A stretch of 64,000 bases of DNA from the human T2T-CHM13v2.0 reference genome, Homo sapiens (GCF_009914755.1 NC_060932.1), one strand, 5' to 3'; numbered from the stretch's first letter, positions 28,131 to 39,195 are shown. Notes: generated from the letters alone by a model not told the origin. Numbers and translations: made by a program.

Positions 28131-30742
28131 AGATGCGTATATGGGTAAATGAATGCAAAAGGTAATGCCCAAGACAAGGGCCTCTATGATGAGAAACGCA
28201 TAAGAAAAATACTTCTTATGCACCCAAACAGTAAGAGGAGTCAAGGTTAGGTTAAGTCAGTCAAGGTTAAAGAAACTTTGCTTCTCTTCCACAAAAAGAG
28301 ACACCAGGATATTTGGGGGAAATGGTAGAGAAAGACTATTGAAAAAAGGTATATGAAACAAAGAATGAGAACATGAGGAGGAATTTCTCTAATGGAGACA
28401 ATCACAGTTTTAATAGGACATCTGCTTCGAGCAGTATGAGTTTCTGGGTGCTGCTATTGTTGGTATATCTCTTTTTCTTGGTGCAGTAACTAGGCTACAG
28501 TTGTCATGGGCAATTACAGCCCAGTGTGCAAAGTCACACATCCCATCTGGAGAGACCGGTCACCTCAACTGGCACAAGCCAGCAGGATCCTCAGGAAATA
28601 TGAGCTCACTCCACAGGGCTTCACAGATTCTCTTTAACTTCCTAACTCAAACTGTTCCTTTAGGTTGCTCTCTAGTTTTCAGCCTTGTTTGTGTCCCCTT
28701 AAAGCTGCCATTTGGAAAGCTGAATTTTCAGAATGGGATTTGGCAAGGCAAATGGAGCCTCAGTTGGGAGAGACTATCTGTCCTGCAGAGAGGGTTATGA
28801 AAAAGGACAGGATGGTGGATTCCAGCAGCAGGTTTAGAGAAAGAAAAAAAGAGCGATGTACATACTCACATACATAAGCATCTTGAACTGCTTTTATGCA
28901 GAGCTTGGGTTCAGCAAGTCCTTAGCATATTTCAGCCCAAAACCCTTGTCTTATTTTATTTTTCACCCTACGATATGTTTCAGAAAAAAATGTAATCTGC
29001 ATCTTTCTAGTTCTTCTGACTTCAATTTTGTCCTTCAAATTTATTAGCCCATCTTTTAAACTCATACAGCTATTCTTATATAACAACTCCACTCTTCTAT
29101 AGCTAAGTAGATGTTTATGTCTTTTGTGTTTATGTCAGGGATTTGTTGTGAGAAAGTAGGGGGAAGGTTGCTTCCAAGAATTTGAAATTTCTTTTTCAAC
29201 CCAGAAGTTTCTAAGAGTCACGAGCATCTGCTCTGCTAGTCTAGAGGGCTCAAGTCTAGGGCGCCTTTTGAGGTATGATGCTTCATTCCTTGGGCTCTGA
29301 TGTGGGACTGAGTTTGCTTGCAATCTAGGACCTAATATCCTAACTATTTCCTTCAGCATCAGGACTGGTTATGCCCATCTCAAGCCAACTTAGGGTTAAA
29401 TGTAAGAAAACGTTTTCATTGTAGAATGCAATTTGCCAACCAAAACTTATGCCAAAACTGAAATCTGAAGGGAGAGAGAACAAAATGGGGTCACTTTTAC
29501 GAACTTTTGCCAACCTGGCTGGGCTAAATGCAGCACAAAGCAAGAGAACTGGTTTTCTAACTGCACCTCGGGCAAGCACAGTGACAGAAGTCCTTTAGGA
29601 ACCACACATCACCTGCAAGACATGGAGAAAGTGGAGATTCAGCAAGGAGCTGGATTCTTTGCACAGATAATTTCAAACTTGTCCTTTCCCTGCTCTTTCA
29701 ACTGGTGAGATACTCTGCAAGATTTTCTGCCTCATCCTATTTTGTTGCCAACCTATCTCCACTCAATCCAGTTTTGCCCCGATATAATTAATGGCAACAA
29801 GAGCTTTCCAGCCTACAAAATTAATGTGGAAATGGCTGAAACAGTGTCTTGATGGCAGAAGGAAGAAACATTTCCTTATAATTTGCCATGCAAACAATCC
29901 GCTACATCCGTAACTGTGCCTTTTCACATGCAAATGAAGGAGCCAACCTGATATATGATCTTAATTGGGCCTCTTTAGGAAAGGAAGTCACATCTGAACT
30001 TGGCTTCAGGAACTTCTACCCGCATTCACCTTAGTACATAAGGTCAAATGAATATTTTTTAAATGAATGCCTCACTGTATTTCTTTCCCTGCCTCCCTAG
30101 GCTATTTCATTCAGATTCAAATCTCATAGTCCAGGCATTAATACTGACAATTCATCTGACTGTTTAACAAAAAAGGGAGATAATTTCTTACATACAGAAA
30201 CAGATAAGCCACTTCCTCAGATTTGATGAATTTAAATGCCTAACTTCATCTTAGAAAGAATAAAGCCAGTAATAGTGAGAGGAAGTCAGAAGTGGGCAGG
30301 GCAGACCAGGTAGGCCCTTATAAGCCTTGCTAAGACTTTGGATTGGAGGGTTGAAAGCGGGACATGACATGATTTGAATTAATATTTCCTCTTTTTATTT
30401 TATTATTATTTTTTATAAAGTTAGGATTCAAATTCTATTTAGGATGCTATTTTAAAAAGAGAAAATGCAAGACCTGAGAGAACCAGAAATCACCAGTCAG
30501 GAGCTGCCATATTATTTTCAAATATTCTCCTCTAAAAGTGGAACTGCCCACACAACACGAGCATACTCATTAGTCTTGCCACACAAGGAAGAATTTGTGA
30601 GAAAAGTCAAAATTCAGTTTATAACATTCTTTCTCCATAAATGATCAGAGGATATCAACTTTTTCTTTATGATATGACTTAGGCTAAGAACTGTGATCCT
30701 GGATGAAACTTAGCTTCCTTGGCCTCCCTGGCTTCTGCCTAT

Positions 30743-31177
30743 TGTCAGGCCTCTGAGCCCAAGCCAAGCCATCGCATCCCCTGTGACTTGCACGTATGCC
30801 CCCAGATGGCCTGAAGTAACTGAAGAATCACAAAAGAAGTAAAAAGGCCCTGCCCCACCTTAACTGATGACATTCCACCATTGTGATTTGTTCCTGCCCC
30901 ACCTTAACTGAGTGATTAACCCTGTGAATTTCCTTCTCCTGGCTCAGAAGCTCCCCCACTGAGCACCTTGTGACCCCCCGCCCCTGCCCACCAGAGAACA
31001 ACCCCCTTTGACTGTAATTTTCCATTACCTTCCCAAATCCTATAAAACGGCCCCACCCCTATCTCCCTTCGCTGACTCTCTTTTTGGACTCAGCCCACCT
31101 GCACCCAGGTGAAACAACCAGCCATGTTGCTCACACAAAGCCTGTTTGGTGGTCTCTTCACACGGACGCGCATGAAA
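30743..31177 (+). promoter_or_regulatory. P1 5' LTR (LTR7, non-7up subtype); TATA box at 31041-31047; poly(A) hexamer mutated
   Basis: tgtcaggcctctgagcccaagccaagcc...gcgcatgaaa; one ACAAAAGA; AACAAC replaces AATAAA at 31113-31118. Confidence 0.95.
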
Positions 31178-31238
31178 TTTGGTGGATCAGGGGACCTCCC
31201 TTGGGAGATCAATCCCCTGTCCTCCTGCTCTTTGCTCC

Positions 31239-31742
31239 ATGAGAAAGCTCCACCTACCACCTCAGGTCCTCAGACTGACCAGCCCAAGAAACATCTCACC
31301 AATTTCAAATCCGGTAAGTGGCCTCTTTTTACTCTCTTCTCCAACCTCCCTCACTATCCCTCAACCTCTTTCTCCTTTCAATCTTGGTGCCACACTTCAA
31401 TCTCTCCCTTCTCTTAATTTCAATTCCTTTCATTTTCTGGTAGAGACAAAGAAGACACGTTTTATCCGTGGACCCAAAACTCCAGCACTGGTCATGGACT
31501 GGGAAGACAGACTTCCCTTGGTGTTTAATCATTGCAGAGACACCTCTCTGATTATTCACCCACATTTCAAAGGTGTCAGACCACATAGGGAGGCCTGCCT
31601 TGGTCCTCCACCCTTAGCGGCAAGTCCCGCTTTTCTGGGGGAGGGGCAAGTATCCCAACCCCTTCTCTCCATGTCTCTACCCCTTCTCTGCTTTTCTGGG
31701 GGAGGGGCAAGTACCCCTCAACCCCTTCTCCTTCACCCTTAG
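31239..31742 (+). other. ATG-initiated 167-codon pre-gag leader ORF, ESRG-like (coding status unproven)
   Basis: Frame of ORF 31179..31742; peptide SPRNISPISNPVSGLFLL...GASTPQPLLLHP resembles the putative HERV-H-derived ESRG ORF as I recall it. Confidence 0.35.
31311..31319 (+). promoter_or_regulatory. P1 major splice donor CCG|GTAAGT
   Basis: Perfect GTAAGT about 135 nt after the LTR, at the known HERV-H major donor position. Confidence 0.8.
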
Positions 31743-32060
31743 CGGCAAGTCCTGCTTTTCTGGGGGAGGGGCAAGTACCCCAACCCCTTCTTCAGTGTCT
31801 CTACCCCTTCTCTGCTTTTCTGGGGGAGGGGCAAGTACCCCTCAACCCCTTCTCCTTCACCTTTAGTGGCAAGTCCCGCTTTTCTAGGGGGCAAGAACCC
31901 CCAATCCCTTATTTCTGTACCCCAACCTCTTATCTCTGTGCCCCAATCCCTTATTTCCATGCCCCACCCCCCCTTCCCACTTTTCTGGAGGGTAAGAACC
32001 CCCAAAACCCTTCCCTCCGTGTCTCTACACCCTCTTTTCTCTGGGTTTGCCTCCTTCACT

Positions 32061-33260
32061 ATGGGCAACCTTCCATCCTCCATTCCTCCTTCTTCTCCCT
32101 TAGCCTGTGTTCTCAAGAACTTAAAACCTCTTCAACTCACACCTGACCTAAAACCTAAATGCCTTATTTTCTTCTGCAATGACGCTTAACCCCAATACAA
32201 ACTCGACATAGTTCCAAATAGCCAGAAAACGGCACTTTGAATTTTTCCATCCTACAAGATCTAAATAATTCTTGTCGTAAAATGGGCAAATGGTCTGAGG
32301 TGCCTGACGTCCAGGCATTCTTTTACACATCAGTCCCTTCCTAGTCTCTGTGCCCAGTGCAACTCATCCCAAATCTTCCTTCTTTCCCTCCTGCCTGTCC
32401 CCTCAGTCCCAACCCCAAGCATCGCTGAGTCTTTCTAATCTTCCTTTTCTACAGACCCATCTGACCTCTCCCCTCCTCGCCAGGCCGAGCTAGGTCCCAA
32501 TTCTTCCTCAGCCTCCGCTCCTCTACCCTATAATCTTTTTATCGCCTCCCCTCCTCACACCTGGTCCGGCTTACAGTTTCGTTCAGTGACTAGCCCTCCC
32601 CCACCTGCCCAGCAATTTATTCTTAAAAAGGTGGCTGGAGCCAAAGGCATAGTCAAGGTTAATGCTCCTTTTTCTTTATCCCAAATCAGAAGCGTTTAGG
32701 CTGTTTTTCATCAAATATAAAAATCCAGCCCAGTTCACGGCTCGTTTGGCAGCAACCCTGAGACGCTTTACAGCCCTAGACCCTAAAAGGTCAAAAGGCC
32801 ATCTTATTCTCAATATACATTTTACTACCCAATCTGCTCTGGACATTAAACTCCAAAAATTAGAATCTGGCCCCCAAACCCCACAACAGGGCTTAATTAA
32901 CCTCACCTTCAAGGTGTACAATAATAGAAAAAAGTTGCAATTCCTTGCCTCCACTGTGAGACAAACCCCAGCCACATCTCCAGCACACAAGAACTTCCAA
33001 ACGCCTGAACCGCAGCGGCCAGGCGTTCCTCCAGAACCTCCTCCCCCAGGAGCTTGCTACATGTGCCGGAAATCTGGCCACTGGGCCAAGGAATGCCCGC
33101 AGCCTGGGATTCCTCCTAAGCCATGTCCCATCTGTGTGGGACCCCACTGAAAATCGGACTGTTCAACTCACCTGGCAGCCACTCCCAGAGCCCCTGGAAC
33201 TCTGGCCCAAGGCTCTCTGACTGACTCCTTCCCAGATCTTCTCGGCTTAGCGGCTGAAGA
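32061..33260 (+). pseudogene. gag: HERV-H gag remnant (P1)
   Basis: ATG GGC AAC (MGNLPS) at 32061, stop at 32187-32189; CA-NC frame 32662-33150 with one intact CCHC knuckle and a second cut by TGA. Confidence 0.9.
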
Positions 33261-33289
33261 CTGACACTGCCTGATCGCCTCGGAAGCCC

Positions 33290-35480
33290 CCTAGACCATC
33301 AAGGACGCCGAGCTTCAGGTAACTCTCACAGTGGAAGGTAAGCCCATCCCCTTCTTAATCAATACGGAGGCTACCCACTCCACATTACCTTCTTTTCAAT
33401 GGCCTGTTTCCCTTGCCTCCATAACTGTTGTGGGTATTGATGGCCAGGCTTCTAAACCTCTTAAAACTCCCCAGCTCTGGTGCCAACTTAGACAATACTC
33501 TTTTAAGCACTCCTTTTTAGTTATCCCCACCTGCCCTGTTCCCTTATTAGGCTGAGACACTTTAACTAAATTATCTGCTTCCCTGACTATTCCTGGACTA
33601 CAGCTATATCTCATTGCCGCCCTTCTCCCCAATCCAAAGCCTCCTTTGCGTCCTCCTCTTGTATTCCCCCACCTTAACCCTCAAGTATAAGATACCTCTA
33701 CTCCCTCCTTGGCGACCGATCATGCACCCCTTACCATCTCATTAAAACCTAATCACCCTTACCCTGCTCAATGTCAGGATCCCATCCCACAGCATGCTTT
33801 AAAAGGATTAAAGCCTGTTATCACTCACCTGCTATAGCATGGCCTTTTAAAGCCTATAAACTCTCCTTACAATTCCCCCATTTTACCTGTCTAAAACCAG
33901 ACAAGCCTTACAAGTTAGTTCAGGATCTGTGCCTTATCAACCAAATTGTTTTGCCTATCCACCCCGTGGTGCCAAACCCATATACTCTCCTATCCTCAAT
34001 ACCTCCCTCTACTACCCATTATTCTGTTCTGGATCTCAAACATGCTTTTTTTTACTATTCCTTTGCACCCTTCATCCCAGCCTCTCTTTGCTTTCACTTA
34101 GACTGACCCTGACACCAGTTAGGCTCAGCAAATTACCTGGGCTGTACTGCTGCAAGGCTTCACAGACAGCCCCCATTACTTCAATCAAGCCAAAATTTCA
34201 TCCTCATCTGTTACCTATCTCAGCATAATTCTCATAAAAACACATGTGCTCTCCCTGCTGATCGTGTCCGATTAATCTCCCAAACCTCAATCCCTTACAA
34301 AGCAACTCCTTTCCTTCCTAGGCATGGTTAGTGCGGTCAGAATTCTTACACAAGAGCCAGGACCGCACCCTGTAGCCTTTCTGTCCAAACAACTTAACCT
34401 TACTGTTTTAGCCTAGCCCTCATGTCTGCGTGCAGCGGCTGCCGCTGCTTTAATATTTTTTGAGGCCCTAAAAATCACAAACTATACTCAACTCACTCTC
34501 TACATTTCTCATAACTTCCAAAATCTATTTTCTTCCTCATACCTGACGCATGTACTTTCTGCTCCCCGGCTCCTTCAGCTGTACTCACTCTTTGTTAAGT
34601 CCCACAATTACCATTGTTCCTGGCCCGGACTTCAATCTGGCCTCCCGCATTATTCCTGATACCACACCTGACCCCCATGACTGTATCTCTCTGATCCACC
34701 TGACATTCACCCCATTTCCCCATATTTCCTTCTTTCCTGTTCCTCACCCTGATCACGCTTGATTTATTGATGGCAGTTCCACCAGGCCTAATCGCCACAC
34801 ACCAGCAAAGGCAGGCTATGCTATAGTACAAGCCACTAGCCCGCCTCTTAAAACCTCTCATTTTCTTTCCATCATAGAAATCTATCCTCAAGGAAATAAC
34901 TTCTCAGTGTTCCATCTGCTATTCTACTACTCCTGAAGGATTATTCAGGCCCCCTCCCTTCCCTACACATCAAGCTCGAGGATTTGCCCCCGCCCAGTAC
35001 TGGCAAATTAGCTTTACTCAACATGCCCCGAGTCACAAAAACTAAAATACCTCTTAGTCTAAGTAGACACTTTCACTAGATAAGTAGAGGCCTTTCCTAC
35101 AGGGTCTGAGAAGGCCACCACAGTCATTTCTTCCCTTCTGTCAGACATAATTCCTCAGTTTAGCCTTCCCACCTCTATACAGTCTGATAACAGACCAGCC
35201 TTTATTAGTCAAATCAGCCAAGCATTTTTTCAGGCTCTTAGTATTCAGTGACAGACTAATGGTCTATTAAAAACACACTTCACCAAGCTCAGCCACCAAC
35301 TTAAAAAGGACTGGACAATACTTTTACCACTTTCCCTTCTCAGAAGTCAGACCTGTCCTCAGAATCCTACAAGGTACAGCCCATTTAAGCTCCTGTATAT
35401 ACGCTCCTTTTTATTAGGCCCCAGTCTCATTCCAGACACCAGACCAACTTAGACTGTGCCCCAAAAAACTTGTCATCCCT
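33290..35480 (+). pseudogene. pol: HERV-H pro-pol remnant (P1)
   Basis: Protease site DTG changed to NTE; RT catalytic block deleted near 34190; RNase H IDGSS near 34766; integrase remnants with many stops. Confidence 0.9.
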
Positions 35481-36012
35481 ACTATCTTCTGTCTAGTCAT
35501 ACTCCTATTCTCCGTTCTCAACTACTCATACATGCCCTGCTCTTGTTTACACTGCCAGTTTACACTGTTTCTCCAAGCCATCACAGCTGATATCTCCTTG
35601 TGCTATCCCCAAACTGCCACTCTTAACTCTTGAAGTAAATAAATAATCTTTGCTGGCAGGACTATGCTGAATCTCCTTAGGCACTCTAATCAGATGTCCT
35701 AGGTCCTCCCAATTCTTAGACCTTTTCCATTTAGTTTTTCAATTCATACAAAACATATCCAGGCCATCACCAATCATTCTACACGACAAATGTTTCTTCT
35801 AACAACCCCACAATATCACCCCTTACCACAAGATCTTCCATTCAGCTTAATCTCTCCCACTCTAGGTTCCCACGCCGCCCCTAATCCCGCTTGAAGCAGC
35901 CCTGAGAAACATCGCCCATTCTCTCTCCATACCACCCCCCAAAAATTTTTGCCGCCCCAACACTTCAACACTATTTTGTTTTATTTTTCTTATTAATATA
36001 AGAAGGCAGGAA

Positions 36013-36453
36013 TGTCTGGCCTCTGAGCCCAAGCCAAGCCATCACGTCCCCTGTGACTTGCACCTATATGCCCAGATGGCCTGAAGTAACTGAAGAATCA
36101 CAAAAGAAGTGAAAAGGCCCTGCCCCGCCTTAACTGATGACATTCCACCATTGTGATTTGTTCCTGCCCCACCTTAACTGAGTGATTAACCCTGTGAATT
36201 TCTTTCTCCTGGCTCAGAAGCTCCCCCACTGAGCACCTTGTGACCCCCCCCCACCTCCCCTGCCCACCAGAGAACAACCCCCTTTGACTGTAATTTTCCA
36301 TTACCTTCCCAAATCCTATAAAACGGCCCCACCCCCATCTCCCTTCGCTGACTCTCTTTTCGGACTCAGCCCACCTGCACCCAGGTGAAATAAACAGCCA
36401 TGTTGCTCACACAAAGCCTGTTTGGTGGTCTCTTCACATGGACGCGCATGAAA
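36013..36453 (+). promoter_or_regulatory. P1 3' LTR with intact AATAAA (36389-36394)
   Basis: Preceded by polypurine tract aagaaggcaggaa; about 16 substitutions and one 6-bp indel versus the 5' LTR (manual count). Confidence 0.95.
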
Positions 36454-39161
36454 CCTACGACTTGTTATGCTTTGTCATTGAAAGGTCCTGGCTGATCTTG
36501 GTCAAGTCACCCACTCTTGCTGGCCTCACTTTTCCTCTTTTGTACCATGAGCCCAGAGAGGACGATCTCTGAGGCATTTCTATCTGCCTCCTCATAGTTC
36601 TAAGTCTCCACTTTTAATCTACATTTCCAATTAAGTGAGCAATCTGTGAATGATTCAGAAGCAACATTCTAAAGGAGTGGTTCTAACCCTGCCCTGCCCT
36701 ATTCTCCAGAAGGTATCACACCAGTTGCCTCCTTTAAATATAATTCTATGGAAGTGTTTGCTTACTTGCGTGTTTCCTTCCCTGCCTTCCTCTTGTGCCT
36801 TCCATTACAATTATCTTTTCCTCCCAGCCCCCACACTCAATTGTAGCAATCGCTCATTTGCTGGGTAGACGTCTCTAGAGCACCTCTAGGTACAAAGCAC
36901 AAGGCCCCCGTTTCTGACCATCAGAGAAGGGAAAGTTAGTGACCAAAGGCGGAAATGCAAGATAGAAAGTTCAAAGGAAAACGAGGTCACACAGCAAAGA
37001 TTTCCTGGGGAAACAAACAGAAGGAGGAGGAAAGGAAGCTGACAGAAATAGCCTCAGGACATTTGCACATGAAAGGCTCTGGAAGCCTATCTATGCTGCT
37101 CAGTCCCAGCTTTGGTTTCATAAGAGGTAACTGGTAAAACTGAGAGGCTTGTAAAACCAGATTTCAAAGCATCTCTCTCTCCCTGCTTCTAAGAAACAAG
37201 CTTCTAGGCCTCCACACACAGAAACACTTTCCACAAGTCTTTGCCTTTTGGGGTTCAGAAGAGAAACAAGATACAACAGGCCATTTGGAAGGGAAGGGTA
37301 GCAGGAAAGAGGGGGACAACTAGTGGAATAATAACCAATCATCATAAATTAATATTGAGCCCTAAACATGCAGACCTGCATTTAGAGCACAAAACAATTA
37401 GTTCCCACATAGACTGAGTCTTTACAAATATTTAAGTTGGAAAGAGAGAAAAGAAACAAATCCTCATTTTGGTATTTGCAGGAAATACATGAGTTTCAGC
37501 TTGGGAGGCAATGGGGTGCTCTAGGGTGGGAAATGATGTCTTGAACAATTAAGGTGCCTACTCCTGCCCTTTATCCAAGCAGACTTCCTTCCCATCCATC
37601 CCGTAGCTATCACTGGGGTGTCTACCCACTGTGTTCACTTCTGCAAACTTCTCTGACAGAAGAAAGGGGGACTTGCAGCTGGACGCTGCTCCCTGGCTCT
37701 TTGGAGTGGGTTCTTTTACATTGTACTTCTCCACAGCATGGACCATAGATTAATTGCAGGCATGACTCAGGGAGAGCTTGCTAAAGAAGCAGGGTCCTGG
37801 CCTCCACCCAAAACTTCTGACTCTGAATCAGTGTCTAACATTTCTTTATTTATGTACTTACTTATCGGTTTTGTTCACTGCTATATCTTAAGCTCCTAGA
37901 AAAGTATTGAGCATGGTAGATGCTCAATAATTATGTACTGAATAAATGCATGAATTCACATATTACATTCACTTGGCCACAGTGGTTGGCTTTAGGAAAC
38001 ACAATCAGTATGACACAAGAAGACCCAGTTCGAGGGCTCTTGTTGGGAATGAGAGCCATTCTTTTATTTGCAGGGATGGATTAAAAAAACAGTGGGGTGA
38101 TTTTTGCCTGAGAATAAAGTCAACAGAGAGAAAAGTGGAGCCAAGAGATTGAGTGAGAAAGACTGGGTCCCGATGACACTAAACTTCTAGAGCCAGCTGT
38201 GATTTCCTTTGGGATGAGAGGCAATAAATTCCTTTCTGCTGAAGCTGTGCTGACTGGGGTCTCCATCACTCACTGAGACCTGCCAGGCTTCCTGGTGCTT
38301 CCCTGTCAGGATCACACACTCAGGCTGAGTGACAGCTTTTCAGAGCAGACTTGATGCCTTTTCGTGTTTCCTATATCTCTCCTTTTCCAACCTCCTGCTC
38401 TTGAGGGTCTTTAATGTAGGGCAGGGCTTTCTAGGCATGGTTACCATTGTTATGATTATTGTAAGAAACTTATTTTTGAAAATGACTTAAGAATTTGCAA
38501 ATCATTTTGTATTTATTACCTCATTTGATCCTCTCAAGGACCCATAAATCAGCAGTGGACGTGTAATCCTCGTCCAGTTCATTGATGAGAAAATGGACAC
38601 TCGAGGAGATAAAGGCTCCAGTCCTGGGGTCAGATGACTCGTATGCAGCAGGGTCTGACCTGGATTCTCACCCAGGCCCTCTAATCACATAGCCCTTGCT
38701 TTTTCGCTTTGTCTTTATGTCTCCTTTTCAAGAAAAAAATAATAGGCCTAAGATTCAGTGAGTTTTCCCTAATGAATTTATAGACTCGAGCCATAAAGAA
38801 CACTTGAGATTCCTTGGACCTTGCAGGAATGTTTCTGTGTCCCACTGTTGGATTTTGTAAATGGAGCAAGTCTCCAACAGGATGATACTCAGGCCATGGC
38901 TGCTTTCTGGAGCTTCCAGATACTTTATGATGAGAAATTAGTTGAGTTCATGTCAGTAGCATCTTTGCAGCCCATTTCCTGATACAGATGGTGTGGACTG
39001 AAACACAAGAGTGGGATGGAAATCCATCCTGGTAGAGTTCAGCAGATAAATGACATATTTTAGAACTTGTGTCCAGACAACATCCCAAGGTACAAGACAC
39101 CATTTTCCCTTCACCAATACCTAATGCTCACTGTTGAGAAGCCAGTGCAGACTTCAGCCTA

Positions 39162-39162
<1 letters not shown>

Positions 39163-39195
<33 letters not shown>
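39163..39195. repeat. (AC)16 microsatellite
   Basis: Read directly. Confidence 0.97.

Larger units (their letters stand above)
30743..36453 (+). mobile_element. HERV-H provirus P1 (5711 bp; LTR-leader-gag-pro-deleted pol-LTR; no intact env)
   Basis: Two LTR7 copies; CCHC knuckle [14 protein letters not shown]; protease LINTEATHS; RT remnant YKLVQDL...HYSVLDLKHAFF; polypurine tract; TSD cctat (30738-30742) and cctac (36454-36458). Confidence 0.98.

Noticed and set aside
27914-28244. PSIH/HPS-repeat proteins
   Set aside because: Translation artefact of the (GGAT)n repeat.
28241-28269. Two TCAAGGTTA words 20 bp apart (ESRRB/NR5A2-like)
   Set aside because: Each is one mismatch from consensus and a small local duplication explains the pair.
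30743-31177. Classifying the P1 LTR as LTR7Y or LTR7B
   Set aside because: It lacks the type II repeat (ctttgtaatctcccccacccttaagaagg) that I associate with those subfamilies, so it is left as non-7up LTR7.
31179-31742. Calling P1 or P2 the ESRG gene or another named HERV-H lncRNA
   Set aside because: The similarity is family-wide and the peptide differs from ESRG as I recall it; I cannot identify the locus from the flanks.
35480-36012. Intact env gene
   Set aside because: Only about 0.5 kb of stop-ridden remnant lies between pol and the 3' LTR; the same holds for P2.
39014-39029. Short hairpin ggatgga-aa-tccatcc and similar small inverted repeats
   Set aside because: Stems of 7 bp are expected by chance, and there are no RNA-gene features.
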